Positions 26,601-40,565 are shown, counted from the stretch's first letter. The stretch: DNA of 64,000 bases from Antedon mediterranea (GCF_964355755.1 NC_092680.1:6076001-6140000); one strand, 5' to 3'. The notes: a model not told the origin generated them from the letters alone. A program made the numbers and translations.

Positions 26601-29198
26601 AAACCGTATGTGGGCGAATTCCTACGTCAGATTCTGGGCCTCCGGGGTCTTTGGCCTAGCTAACAACATTGCTAAACACAATACCACCCTTTTAAATTAG
26701 ATTATAAAGTCATTTTATTATTTCAACTATTTTACGTACCACATTTTGATGAAACATGTTTGACCAGAGAGACTTATTTTTCATCTCTCCCTGGATGTGA
26801 TCAGGGAGTTGTTTGGTTAATAATTAAACTAAAAGAAGTATCCCCTATAATATGAATGATGAGGAACGAACTAAACGAACGAACAAATCAGTAGGTTATA
26901 TAATAGAATTGTGTATTATTACAATCTTATTTACAATAAATAATTGTTATATGTAAATACAGTATATATAAATACCAATACTATTCTACGTGTATATACG
27001 TTAACCTTAGAAGTAGATACCACCGTGACGTGTTGACCTAAAGGTAATATGGTACAAAAGGTTTGGTTTCCGAGTTTTTCCATTCTTCCCTATGGTTTAT
27101 TCCGCATGACTGAGTTACAGTTGAGGAATGTTGTTGTGTAGACAATTGTTTACTGTACTAAGATGTAAGTACAGCATTTTATTTTTGTAAAACAAATTTA
27201 GTATACGGTACAGATTTTATGTATATAACAGAAAAATCAACAAATCAAAGTTTATTTGGAAATTAAGTTTTTATGTAATAAACAGAAAAATCAACAAATC
27301 ACAAATGTTAGTGGAAATGTTTCATAGATATTTTTTCTGAAAACATCTTCGAATTTAAAACTTCATTATCATAAATTCACAAGCATAATTCTCTGGCCTC
27401 ATTATGAATAATTCCAAATTGTCACGTGGCAATCGTTTAGTAAGCGAGACACATTAGGATAATCCACAGAAACAGAGTTGAAATGATGAGGCTTATCGAA
27501 CTGTACAGGTAACATGGACAGGTGCTTCGAGATTATACGCACAAAATAATTATCATTAGACAACTTAATCGCCTCATACTTCGATATAGACAAATAAAAT
27601 ATATATTCATTACTCCACATAAACGCATAATCAAGGATGATTTTGAAACTAAATGTAGATTAACCCATGGAGAAATAAGTTATTTCTCCATGATTAACCT
27701 AAATAAATTAGCCGAACATTCAAACAACTTTTATGATTATTTCTCATTAACTTTTACATCGACACTCCTACCGAGTGCTACACATGGCACCTGTTCTCCG
27801 GTAAAATAAGTAATGCCTATTATATCGGATGACAAAGGGAGTGGGATAAAGTATAATAATAATAATAGTTTGCGCGTCTCCTTGGTGGGTCGGCTCTAGC
27901 TTAAAACTATTGTTCATTTTAGAAATATATGATAACCAACGAATTATTAAACCAGGGAAAAGCCCTGATTAAACCAACGAGAAACGTTTGACCACGCCCA
28001 TTCGATTACAGTACAATGACCGAAACACAATCGAATACCCAGGCCTGGTATACCACTGTATTAATACTCAAAATCCAGAAACGAAACAACTTAATCATGA
28101 TTGTGATAAGTACAGTACTTATCACAATCCATGATCTTACCAAATGAATGACAATGCAATGGTGGTATTCCGAACTTTAATACAATGTTTCGCTGGGTCT
28201 CTATTTTTAAAAACGCAAGTTTGGTTGCATGGATTTATTTTAGTTAGTTAGGCCTACGTTATTATTTAAAATTGGGGTTACGTTATACTTTGGTAACATG
28301 TTCAGAAAGATACGATGAATGCATAACAGGTTAAAATGCACAGGTTCCTGGCAAGTCTACACAGTAGACTATATCCTACTATACTAGTACTATTTTAAGC
28401 GTGGTGTTTGTGTGGACAAGCGATATATTGTAAACAACAAAATAAACAAATCTACGACATGTAATCAGACATTAGACGCGTCAATGGAAGCGGAATAGAT
28501 TAAATGTCATGTCACTTTCCTGATGATTATTTAGTTGTTGATTCAATATACGGACATCTGTTTGCCGATAATAAAAGGCAAAAATGGAGAAAGAAGACCA
28601 TGACGGGAATCGAAACAGCTGTAGCGTCAAAATTCAAAAACCAACAAGCTTCGGGTGATAAAATGGAATGCATGCATTATTAAGGTAGGCCTATACAGAA
28701 CTTACTAGAGGCGGGAAATGATTATCATAGAATTCATATGTTAAAAAAGAAAAGTGATTGTTATTTAAATATAGAAAATGGAAAAAAAAGAAGAAAATGA
28801 AAAAATACGTATGCCTACCAAAACTGCAGACGAGATCCTGTAAACGCAACAACGTTAAGTAATGTGGTTACTTAACTTAGCGATGTTAAAAGATATCTAT
28901 GATCACTGGTAGATTATAAAAGTATATTGTTGGCCACTTATCTTGCGTTTAGCACCTCTTGCGATGTATCCACAACGATTGTTTTGGCCCGATTCCGGAG
29001 CTGTATTTTTTTCTCCTTTATCCTAATCAGGAAGTAAGGCACAGAGTTGAAGTTCAACAATGTTTTAAGCACGCACTTACCAAACCATCTCAAATAGCCA
29101 GAAACGATTCCAGGAAAATCACTCACAGTACTTACAGGAGTACGTAACATTTCCATTTTGGAAGAGGCCTAGGCTGAGTTTGAGCGCACAATGTGACA

Positions 29199-29450
29199 AC
29201 TTACGTTGTACAAGTCCTTTCGAGCAATGAGAGCGCATTCTTCGTAGTCAAGTAGCGTCAATGACCCGGCGATAAATGGCTTTTGCAGAGGCTAAGTTTG
29301 ATTTTAAATAGCTAGCCTAGAATGGCGGTATGCACCCGCGGAGAAAGTTCATGGCCAACAGACCACGCCCCCGAGCTCGGGACGCCAACGCCACATTTCG
29401 GGCCTAACCATTCGGAACGACTGCTTAAATAGTACTATGGATTTAAATAG
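29199..29450 (-). promoter_or_regulatory. Candidate promoter and short non-coding first exon of the pri-mir-9 host transcript
   Basis: On the minus strand: GC box GGGGCGTGG (about 29363-29372), TATA-like TATTTAAAA from 29310, Inr-like CCATTT about 33 nt downstream (about 29277), and splice donor GTAAGT at 29204-29199. The region is locally CpG-rich. Confidence 0.35.
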
Positions 29451-31136
29451 TTGATTTAGTCTTGAAAAATAACGTTTTATATAGAAAGTATTCCTATAAA
29501 AAAAATACAAATTCTTCTTTATTATTACAGTTAGCATCGCGTGCGTTATCGATTTGTGTCATTGGTGTTTTTTTTACAATATAGTTTACCAAACGTACAT
29601 TCTATTCTTTCTAAGACAAACGTTTTATAGTAGGCCTATGCCATGGAATGTCAGCATAGGAATAAATAATAATAATAATAATAATAATAATGTTTATGAA
29701 AAATTGTAACATGCCAAAAGTATATGCCTATAGTGCACATTAATGTCTATAAACCTTCCTGCATATTGTAATACCACTATCCCCTTCCCTCATGGTATTT
29801 CTTTTGAGTGTTGGACCCTTCCCTTATTATCTCTCAGTGGTAATTTTAAGGCCGGAAAAATTGAAATATACATGGAAACATTACCAATGTTACACCATAA
29901 CAAGGCTGTAGGCCTACAACAAGTCCCACGACACTTTTCCACACAAAAATGTTTTTAATAATTCTAGGCCGGCTAAAATAATGAATGAGAATTTTGACAT
30001 AGTGTGCACTAATTTGCAGTGTTCGTAATACATCTAGTGCATGCTCCCAGTTGCTTTATAGTGTGTAGTCGGCGACAAGTTGATTAAAATCCTAATTACC
30101 TGTATTTATATTAATTATTCGGTATAACTAATTGGGCGCCACTGATCAGAGCGCAGGGCCGTTTGACATAGAATTATATGCAACAGTCAACTGACTTAAA
30201 GGCAATTACCTAATTTAACCATGAGTTGAAGTACTTCGTTTAAAATTATGGTTTATTTTGAAATTATGTTTTTTATGACATAATTTTACAAGGACATAGA
30301 TTTAACTCTTCGTCTACTTTATATTTATAGTATAGATATTACGTAGTCTAGAGAAATACAACAAGTATTTAGGATCGGACTGAATTAATATTCTTTAATT
30401 AAATTAATTATTAAACTCGGCTAAATACAAGTTTAAGAGGATTGACAATAGAAGCGATTATGGTGGCGCTATTTACTTTTCAATTCTGATTTATTTTTAA
30501 TTCATCCATTCATCTCCTCTACTACCAGAAATCGTCCTCGCCATTTTGTGTTTGTCTTTACAATAACCACAATTATCAAATTAATATGAAACCATATTAT
30601 ACCGGAAAATGCTTCCTTGATATCACTAATTATAATTATTATATTTAAAGGCAGGCCTATACTGTTAAAGCATATTATTTTTGTATAAAGTTTCGAAACG
30701 CATTCATTTTAGGGAGGGCGGCAAACATGTTTATCCCTGTGTCATATAAAAATAATTTAGCATAGTTTAAAAAATAAATGTGGTCTAGTAAATATTGTAG
30801 GCCTACATAATGTCTTGAGCAGTTTTGTGTTACCATAACTCTATATGAAATACTGCTTTACTTTTTAATATTTTCATTTATATTAAATTCGTAAATGTTT
30901 AACTGAAAAGAAAGGGATAACTTTTTAAAGTGAAACAAATATTGATTTTTAAAACGTTGGTAAATTGGAATGTAAAAATGTATACAATACGTGCGTGCTA
31001 TGTGTCATACATATGCCTACCAAAGTAAATAATCATATAGGCACATTATAAGTGTAAACAAAGCAGTATTCAGTCATAATTTATACAAATTAGCACTGTA
31101 AACCCTCTCAACCCCACCCAAAAAAAGTCTTAAAGA

Positions 31137-31220
31137 TTTCGCGGGAACCAACTTTTTTGCATGTTTGTGATTGGCTTACACGTGTCATATGACATAGCGT
31201 TGCTTTTCAACTTCCGGGGA
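31137..31220 (+). promoter_or_regulatory. Lamin proximal promoter motifs
   Basis: E2F-like TTTCGCGGGAA (31137-31147), inverted CCAAT (31170-31174), E-box CACGTG (31179-31184) and ETS ACTTCCGG (31210-31217), all 100-190 bp before the ATG. Confidence 0.55.
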
Positions 31221-31321
31221 CGCTGTCTCGTCGCCGCTTGCACGCCGCGAGTTTGTTTTAGGCTGGGTTTTTTGCTGTTTTTGTATTTGTTATTTTACTT
31301 GGAAAGTACAGTATTTTCAAG

Positions 31322-34300
31322 ATGGCTAGCCAAACGAGGTCTCAAAAAACAACTACAGTTCGGAAAGAATACAGAAGTAGTTCCACACGATCTCCAGGAA
31401 CCCCTCTTAGCCCAACTCAAACTAGCCGGCATCAAGAGAAGGAAGACCTTGTGAATCTGAACAACAGATTGGCGGTGTACATTGACAAGATCCACTCGCT
31501 CGAGGTTGAAAACTCAGGCCTACAATCTCGTGTTACGACCATTGTTGAAGAACATACACAAGAGATAACCAGTATCAAAGGTCTTTATGAAGCAGAACTT
31601 AATGATGCCAGAAGGCTACTAGACGAAACATCTAAAGAAAAAGCAAGGCTAGAAATCGACGTTGGAAGGTATTCGCAGGAGCTTGATGAATTCAAAGGAA
31701 GGTAAAAAAGTTACAATACAAATCAATGCCAACCAGTTGTAAAAAAAAATCCTGTAGGCCTTAGAGGCTAGGCCTAGGATAGATGATTTTTTTTTCTCCA
31801 TTTTGATAGATACCAAGGCATAAGATACCTGAATTACTCTTATTTGAATGATGGTTTTATGAAATTTATTTAGCCTAGGCCTAGGTAAATAATAGGCCTA
31901 GCCTATAATATTATATGAAGGATCTAAAACATTGATTTTTACTCATTTATGCCTATATGGAAAATTACTGGCCTGGACTAGCCTAGTAGGCCTACAAAAC
32001 TTCACCCAGTATAAATAAAGTACAATCATACTTAGGCCTAGCTGTTTATGCAAAGCTTTTCATTGTTTATTACAATACCCATTGTACTGTTACATAATAC
32101 AGTTTTTGTTGTATTACATTACAATACCCACTTAAAGTTGAAATCACATCAATTGTATTTTGCTATAGGCCTATTGTTTGTTTTACCTAATCATACTTTT
32201 TTTGTTATATTCATTCCACTAAATCAAATAAAAATAAAATAGCACGATTTTAGAAGTCAAAACTTCCTAACTCCAGAATAATATTAATAATTATAACCTA
32301 TCCACTAAAATACAGTATCAACCTAACCCCCAAAAAATAATGATTATTAATTATATCACTTGCACATTATGATTAAATTATGCAAGCTACTATGTATAAC
32401 AAATAAATAGGGTTGGTGTTAAAACATCTATTGAAAGTAATAAGTGAGTTTCAAATTATTTTCATGCTGCCATTTAAGTAAAATTCCTTCAGACAAATAA
32501 AAAATAATACACATTTTTCAGGTGTCATTTCAGGCAACGTTACTCATTTTGTGTGTATTTTTGAATAAATTTATTTACAAAAAAAATCAAGGACACATTA
32601 CTGTATGTTTCAAAAATGAACTGTTGCATTACAACAATATTCTTTGAATGGTGTTCTTTAACACCTCCAGTGAATTAAAATTTTAATGTTTCCATCCTAT
32701 GGTCATTTGCTTGACTGCACCCTTTATAGGTCAGAGTAATTAAAATGGAGTGATTCAGGTGTAAGCCCATGTAACGCAAGTGTTTTAGTACTGGATTTCC
32801 TTGATGTTGTTGCTTAAAATGTCTGTTAATCAGCCTATTGTAAGAAAGGAAGTGGCTTGATGGACATCCTCTTTAGGCAGAGGAATTAGCTTCCTGCATC
32901 AGAGTGGAATTGGAGATTTTATTGTGGTATTATTACCCACACACTACTCGGTATACATAAGAAAGTAGGGGATTTAAATTACCACCGCATACTGTAGAGT
33001 ACTGTAAAAACGATTTCAGTTCGTAGAAATGTTTACTTGAGAATACTGTACACCGTATTTAAACAGGTTTGCAGTATCCTGTTATGACACTAATGGTTTT
33101 TAATTAAGCCAATAGCAGTAACTGTATGATTAAGAATATGAAAAGAAAAAAAGTGTACTGTATGTTTACATTTCCATATTGAATACTGTGTACTTGAGAA
33201 TTTATTTATATTTAGTTACAATGTCTCTTTTATTTGTTTACTGCAGTTTGGTATAGTATAGTGCCACAGTACCGATACTGCAAAAACAATTTAAAAATCA
33301 CAATTTTGAAGAAAAATAAAACTAAAATACAATATATATTCATAATGCTACACTATACAGTCCAGTAGTTGTAATTTACAGAGTTTAAAGTTAAAACCAA
33401 TAATTTTGTGGTCAAAGTTTTTATTGATACTGTAACTCATTGTCATCATTAATTAGTTGTCAATTAATTAATAGTACAAATAGGCAACATTAATATTAAT
33501 AAATTATGTCTTTTAAAAATAGATTTCACAAGCTTGAGAAGGAGCATGCGTCCACCATGAAAAAGATGCATAACCTTGAGGGCTCACTTGCAGACAAAGA
33601 TGCTCGTCTTAAGTCCATTATGAGTGAGAACCGACAACTTGAGTCTGAGAACAACGACTTAAAAAAGAATCTCCAAAACAGAGAGAAGCAATTGACTGTT
33701 GCTAAGAAACAGGTGAATATTATTACTGGTTGTATATTATTTACAGTAAATGCTGAACTGTTTAAAATTGTTATACCATATATCCTAAACCATATAGCCA
33801 ACATTTTTGCTGTTTGATCAACTGTTTTACCATGGTTAAACTTCTCATCACAGGGTTGAAATTCTTGATTACTCTATCTTTACACGTCATACAGTTATGT
33901 CACATACTGTAGAGGTTAAAGATGCCTACCTGTTAGACAAGTATCATCTATCTAACAGAACATACACTTTTATTATTAAGTTAGAGCAATGCGAAATATT
34001 TTGAAAGCATTTGGTTTACAAATGTAGTATTTATACTGTAGTGTATATTGAAACCATGCAAAAGTAAAGTTTTTGTTTTTTAATTTTAGGTGGAAGAAGA
34101 AACCGTGCTGCGTGTTGATCTTGAGAATCGACTTCAGAGTTTGAAAGAAGAATTGGCATTTAAACAAAATGTTTACAAAGAGGTAAGCTTTTATTTTATT
34201 AAAAAAAATTGAGGTTGATGGTGTTTTATAACTGAAAACATTGTAACAAAAGTGAGAATTACAATTTAAAAAAACCACCAGTGTCTTGATTAATGTGATA

Positions 34301-37300
34301 TATACTCACAAATACAGCAACACATTTGAACATGAGGCTATATTAAGCACCTTTTATTAGTTATGAGGCATTTCCAAAATGATACCATTGTTATTTCAGG
34401 AGCTGACAAAGTCAAGAACACGTAGACAAGAGGATATTACCGAAATTGACAATCGTCGACGTGTGGAATATGAAAGCCTTCTTGTAGATCGTTTGGAGGA
34501 TATCCGGGAAGAGCATGAGGAGCACATCGAGAACTTGCGTGTGGAGACCGAAAAGGTTTACATCGGCAAGGTGAATTGATGACGCAAGCGTGAATTAATT
34601 TAAACCTAAATTAAGTTCTATTTATCGTTCCCACAATCATCATGTTGATTATCACTAGTGGCAATCTTTTACAACCCTCTATTGATCATTTATAGAACAC
34701 CTTGTCAATAATGTTTACTGTCTATTGGTCCTTTATAGAACACCTTGTCAATAATGTTAACTGACTGTCGGTCCTTTATAGAACACCTTGTCAATAATGT
34801 TAACTGTCTATTGGTCCTTTATAAAACACCTTGTCAATAATGTTAACTGTCTATTAGTCATTTATAGAAAACCTTGTCAATTATTCTAACCGTCTATTGG
34901 TTCTTTATACAACACCTTGTCAATAATGTTAACAGTCTATTGGCGTTCTAACACCTTGTCAATAATGACAATTGATATGACAAAACAACAAAACATTGAC
35001 AAATGACAGTTTTTTACAGAACACCCTGTAAATGTTGTTAATTGTTTTCTTTTTTTTGTTTGCAGTTAGATGACTTGAAGCGTATTGCAGAACAGCAACG
35101 CAAGACGGCGTCTGCTGCGCAAGAAGAGCTTCGTGAAGTCAGACTTGCCAATAATAAGCTTGAGAAGGACAAGGCTGAATTGGATGCTGAAGTAAGTATA
35201 TATATAGTACTATCAAACTAGTTTGACAAAAAAAAAAGTGATGCATAATTTGGGTATAACACTACCATATTTGGGCACATCACACTTTTTATGTCAAACT
35301 AGTTTGATAGTATATACAGAGTTAAAATGTGGTTCATATAATCTTGATAACTTATTTATATTCTGTACATTTAATTTAATATAGACATGCATTTATCTCA
35401 CAGTAGATCTGTGTTTTTGATGTATGTCCAAAGATTTTGTCTAGAGAAATTTTTATTTTAGTTCGGGTACATTTAGTTTTAATTTAGATAAATCTTGCTC
35501 AGATTACAATCTCTTTTGATAAACTGCATAGCAAGCATCCTAAGACTTCCAGAAATAGAAAAACATGGGCCAGCATCAACAGACCTTTATCAAATATAAC
35601 GAAATAGATTCGGGTGGGACCACCTGTTTTGCTAGTATGTAAGTAGATGTTCATATTGATTTAGATTATAAGATTATTATTTTTATAATAATCTTAATTT
35701 CTCTTTCCTTTATATAGATCGATGCTTTGAACAAGAGGATAAAGAGTTTAGAGAAGCAAAACAAGGAGAACCGTGACAACTTCCAATTGTCATTGAATGA
35801 CCGTGACGATGAACTTTCTTCCCTCCGAGAGCAAATCCGCGAGCAGCTATCCGAGTACGAGATTCTGCTAGCAACTAAAGTGTCACTTGATGCCGAGCTT
35901 GCAGCTTATAATAACCTTCTGGAAGCAGAGGAGGTTAGGTAAGTTCACAATGAATTTATTATACAGAGACAGTAGCGAATTTAGAAGGGAGAAGGCTTCT
36001 GCTTGTATCCCTGCACTTCCCCTAAATTCACCTTTTCCTCCCCATCTCAACATTAGATTTTTTTCAATGTACTCTTTTCTGTAATTTTTAATTATACTAA
36101 TAACTAAGTAAACTTGTGTTTGGTTTTACACTATTTAGTAATAGTATTATATAAACTTCAAATATGAACTGATTCTATTTTGGTTGTATATTTTCTTAAT
36201 TGTAATTATGGTACACTTTTTAAAGGATTTTGCAGCATAATTGTTTTTAACTTTGGGTTTAAATTTGATTTAGATTGAATATTACACCATCCCCACCAAG
36301 AAGCCAGACCAGATCTCAAAAGAGAGCCTCTGCTAGAACCCAGACACCAATTCGTCAACTTCGTGCTAAACGTCGACGTGTCCAAGACGCCTCCAGCCTT
36401 GTCCAGAGTGACCATTACAGTGGGTCAGTATCTATTGCGGATGTCTGCACAGATGGAAAGTTTATCAAGTTGAAAAACAACACAGAAACGGTAGTGTACT
36501 TTTGTTTTCAGTTTTGTAATAATTTTGTTTCAGTTTCTATATAATGGTTTAGGCTTTTAACACATTTTTATGTTTTTTATTTGTTTAGTTTAACACTGCA
36601 TGCATGATTGATTTTCTGTAGAACTTTTTATTTTCAGTTTTGACCCAGTAGTAAGTTTTTTTAGTGAGAATTCATACTTGTCATTATACAAAATTATATA
36701 ACCTATATAAAATATCCCAATAATGATTCGTTGTTAGAAATTGTAGTTAGATAGCCAAGTAATAGTTTTATATTTTTTTGTAGGACCAAGCTCTAGGAGG
36801 TTGGCTACTTAAGTGTTCTGTTGGCAATGATGAGGTGACATATAAATTCGGAAGCAAGTACGTGCTGAAAGCTGACCAAGAAGTGACCGTTTGGTCGTCC
36901 GGTAGTGGCCATGCCAGTAACCCACCATCTGACCTTGTGGCTAAGAATAAGCCTTCATGGGGGACTGGAGATGAAGTTTCAGCTACCTTACAGGATAATA
37001 CTGGAGAGGTAAGGTTTACCCCCCCCCCCCCAAAAAAAGAATTTTGTATTTTGAAATAAAATGAAAAAAAGAAAGAATTTTGTATTTTATTTTGACCCTA
37101 TTTATGATTGGTGATGATGAGCATTTATTTTTTTAGGGTGGCCTGTCCAGTTTCAGTGAGGAAACCTATCACTTAGGGTCCTTGATAAACAAAGGAATGC
37201 ATCAAACATATTGAATATTAAATACAAAGATAAATGCATATACATTAATTTGTACATGTATGTATCTTACCTAAGATTGTTTGTACTAATACTATAATAC

Positions 37301-38243
37301 AAATGTTTATTTGTTTTTAGGCTGTTGCTACCCGTTCATTGAAGAAAGAATACAGCTATAGTGATAATACAGTAAGATTTGTTTATATTATATAGCCTAT
37401 GTAAATATGTGAACGTGATTGGTTGAAACGGCATCACATGATCATTATAGTTCTCTGCGGATTTTGATATTGACTGTTAAATTTTTGTGTAGCAACTCCA
37501 TTTAGCGACAAATAAAAAATCTAAAATTCCACTGGGGTTCGAACTCCAACTCATAAAGATGCGTGCAGTCATGCGACAAGGTTATAGCTGTGGGCCATAT
37601 GAATACTCAAAATAAACATTTCAACTAAACTATGCATACATGGCGCCCTCTTTTTGTTGTGCGGCCTCTATAGATGCGACAAAAAATCGTTTGAGATTGG
37701 TCAATACTCACAGGAGTAACTTGATATGTGCAGGAAGGAATCATTACTTAGTAATTATTTGCCTTTATACGTTCATTCTATGCAAGGTAAGGTGAACGCT
37801 ACTCCTAACTATGCAGGCTTATTGACTTAGGCTAGCCCTAGCCGGCCCAACAGTTATTCTACTGATATTTGACTATATAATTTAACGGATATCGGTGAAA
37901 TATTAGATTTGAAATCCAATTGGCAATGATATTTTTCGAGGGAATATATATTTCCCTAAGCTTGGCATCGGTTTTACTGTATACTAGAGAGTTCTAGATC
38001 CAGAATTTTATAATCATGTTGTATTATAAAGCTCTGTCTACACAATTAAATTGACAAAAAATGTGATGTGCTCATATATGGACACGATGATGTCGTATCA
38101 CTACCATATTTGAACATATCACTACTATATTTAAACATCACACTTTTGTTGTTTGCAACTAGTTTGATAGTGTAGACAAAACTTGACATTGATTTTTTTT
38201 TCATTTTTAGGAAGGAGAAAGTTCCAAGTGTATTTTGATGTAA
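31322..38243 (+). CDS. LMNB: B-type nuclear lamin, 10 coding exons, ~568 aa
   Basis: Exons 31322-31701, 33523-33712, 34090-34182, 34400-34570, 35066-35191, 35718-35938, 36274-36490, 36784-37008, 37321-37371, 38211-38243. All introns are GT-AG and phases are consistent (1707 nt). Head with CDK site SPT, rod start LNNRLAVYIDK, rod end LDAELAAYNNLLEAEEVR, NLS RAKRRR, lamin tail domain (GKFIKLKN...YKF...VTVWS), C-terminal CaaX CILM. Confidence 0.96.
34678..34968. repeat. Minisatellite, ~43-bp unit x6-7, in lamin intron 4
   Basis: ctattggtcctttatagaacaccttgtcaataatgttaactgt is reiterated. Confidence 0.9.
35208..35323. mobile_element. Harbinger-like MITE family A copy (degenerate)
   Basis: ctatcaaactagtttgac...actaccatatttgggcac...agtttgatagt; same family as the copies at 38.0, 58.0, 59.0 and 59.5 kb. 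Confidence 0.7.
38029..38184. mobile_element. Harbinger-like MITE family A copy
   Basis: TIRs agctctgtctacac.../...gtgtagaca, with an internal atatcactaccatatttg repeat. Confidence 0.75.
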
Positions 38244-38310
38244 ACAATTTTATAAGATTTTAATAATGATTGAAGTAGGCAGATGGAACCAGACAAGATA
38301 GTACCTCATC

Positions 38311-38318
38311 ACCAAAGA
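38311..38318 (+). promoter_or_regulatory. Canonical 8-mer miR-9 target site (ACCAAAGA) in the lamin 3'UTR
   Basis: Perfect complement of miR-9 nt 2-8 plus A1, 68 nt after the lamin stop and upstream of the first AATAAA (about 38527). Confidence 0.6.
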
Positions 38319-40414
38319 ATATACACTAACTAGCCCATTTAGTCTTTTATATTATTTTATCCACCTCAGATAATCTAATTTAGAACCACCTCAGATAATT
38401 TGCAGACCAACTGAACCTATCTAGTTTATTAGATTTTATTGTATGAATTTATATGGGTACAATCCAGTCTGCTGTTGGAGCTGTTACCATTATCTATCTT
38501 CTTCCTGCTGATACATGATCACTATAAATAAATTATAAAGATGGTTAATAATGGTGAGCTACATTTTACCCAACTAAGTACTAAACACAGATTTGAAAGT
38601 TAAAATAAATCCTATTTCCATCATTAATCCATCAATAATGAATCATGAAATTTTCGGAAGAAACCCCATTATCTGCACTACAAAAATGAACATGATGTCT
38701 TCAACTCATTGTTAATCTTTTATATTCAAATTTGGTTGAGGATGCTGTAATTTTATATTTTTATCTTAGTTTTTTGATAAACATTATAATTGCTTTTGAT
38801 GAAAAAAATATTGGCTACTAGCTATTTTATTTTCTGTAAAATAGTTTTGCCAGTAGTTGTGTTGCTTAGATGTAAATAAAGTTACATGTACTTGTCCGCT
38901 CATAAAGCTGTTGCGTTAAGTTGTTCTATTCTCTTCTTATGTCAATATACAGTATTCCATACAGCCCTTAGGAAATCTTGCATATAATTATGAAGATGAT
39001 ATAAGAATACAAATATTTTTATAATGTACATGAGGTCTAGGAAATTCTAGGCTCCAACAGGAATATGTACTTGCCTTTGTATGATTCTATGTGTGTGAAC
39101 TTTTTGATAATTCCATATCCGTTCATCGTATTGGCTAATGACTGGTGCTTCTTTATGTATAGATATTTTTTATATAAACATTTTCCCGCACTCTAAAGTT
39201 CTGCTTCTTGAATTTAAAAAATAAATTGGCTTTACCTTCACCATATGTGAATACATTTACGTTTATTAATATTTTGAAGCGCACATATCAACATCCATAT
39301 CAATGTTCAGTGCTCACTTTTACCTCTGTAAATAATTGATTTTTTATTTTAAAAGAAGATAGGGTCCTTGCAGTACTTTAGTACTAATAAAATAAGTCCA
39401 ACCTACAGTGTAATTGTATTCCAGCCATTTTAGCTGATCCATTTGTTTTTATTTCACATTTTTTGATTTACACTTTCTGTTTGATTTTAGTTACTAACAT
39501 TGTTGAGTGTATATTGTAGCATGAATAGCAACATTTGTAGCACTGTAAACTTTATGATGCATGGATACTGCCGAAAGTTAATAAAAAAAAAGGCAAAATG
39601 TTTGAGTGACACCATTTGTTGACAATTTTTTAGTTTTGAATCGCATGATAATTCAACTATACTAGTACTAGCTTGCATCAATAAGTTACTTGTACTTGGT
39701 ACATTAAAAACACTAGTGAAAGTCGTGCACTGGATATATAATATTGTATATCAGAATTGCCATTAAACTGATAAATGGAACCAACATAGGGTGTTTCATT
39801 TACCAACATAGGGAGTTTCATTTACTAACATAGGGAGTTTAATTTTGTGACGAATCGAGTGATGAAGCGCATCCGTATGTGCTTAGTGAATTAATATCAT
39901 ATAACTTCACAAATTGAAACTCTCTATTTTTTAAGACATTGATGTATAATTGCAATTCTACTTATTTTAATTTATTTGATATTCCAGTCTCCCTAATGTG
40001 CATATAGCACTGTGCAGACAAACCTGGAAAGTGCTAATATTCTTGTAATTTTGCACGTCACCAGCTCCATTAGTAGTTTTGCACAAAAATATTCGAATAC
40101 ACACAGTAGTTACGAAGTTACGCAAAGTCTTAACTTTGACCTTTTGGCTCATGTACTGACCAATCATCCTTATTTTTTTTTTTTCGGCCAACACCAAAAA
40201 ATTGATTTGTATTGATATAAGGAAGCAAAAAAACATTGTTGGCATAGTTTGATAGAGGGTGCAGGTGAACCCTTTCTGGCTCCCCAACTATCTTCTTTAA
40301 AAACCGTTATGTCAACAGGTTTCTGTCAGTCAGCTGAATCGTCAGTCCAATTGTTAGACCACAGTTCGAACCCCATTACATTATTACTTAGGGTTTAGTT
40401 GATATGTAGGAGTT

Positions 40415-40565
40415 AAGCTTGGTTCACACTAGAACGTTTTAACCAATGACAAGCGAAGTTATAGACAGTTAGCAATCACAAGCGAATAAGCCATCGCTTG
40501 TGATTGGTCAATTCACTTGCGTTGCGTTACGTCCTTGTGTTACGTCGCTAGTGGGAACCACGCTT
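40415..40565. mobile_element. PIF/Harbinger-like MITE (same family as 20781-21090)
   Basis: aagcttggttcacactag ... ctagtgggaaccacgctt. The internal sequence is almost identical to 20895-21028. Confidence 0.8.

Noticed and set aside
26646-26665. tctttggcctagct resembling a second miR-9 copy
   Set aside because: The match is partial and there is no complementary arm to form a hairpin.
31161-31495. ORFs overlapping lamin exon 1 in other frames and strands (likewise antisense ORFs over the GPCR, TLR, ADPGK and ZIP genes)
   Set aside because: They are shadow ORFs of real coding exons.
37390-37990. Repeat-like insert in lamin intron 9 (also 39760-39960, 46850-47560)
   Set aside because: It looks like decayed non-autonomous transposon DNA, but termini and TSDs could not be defined from this window.
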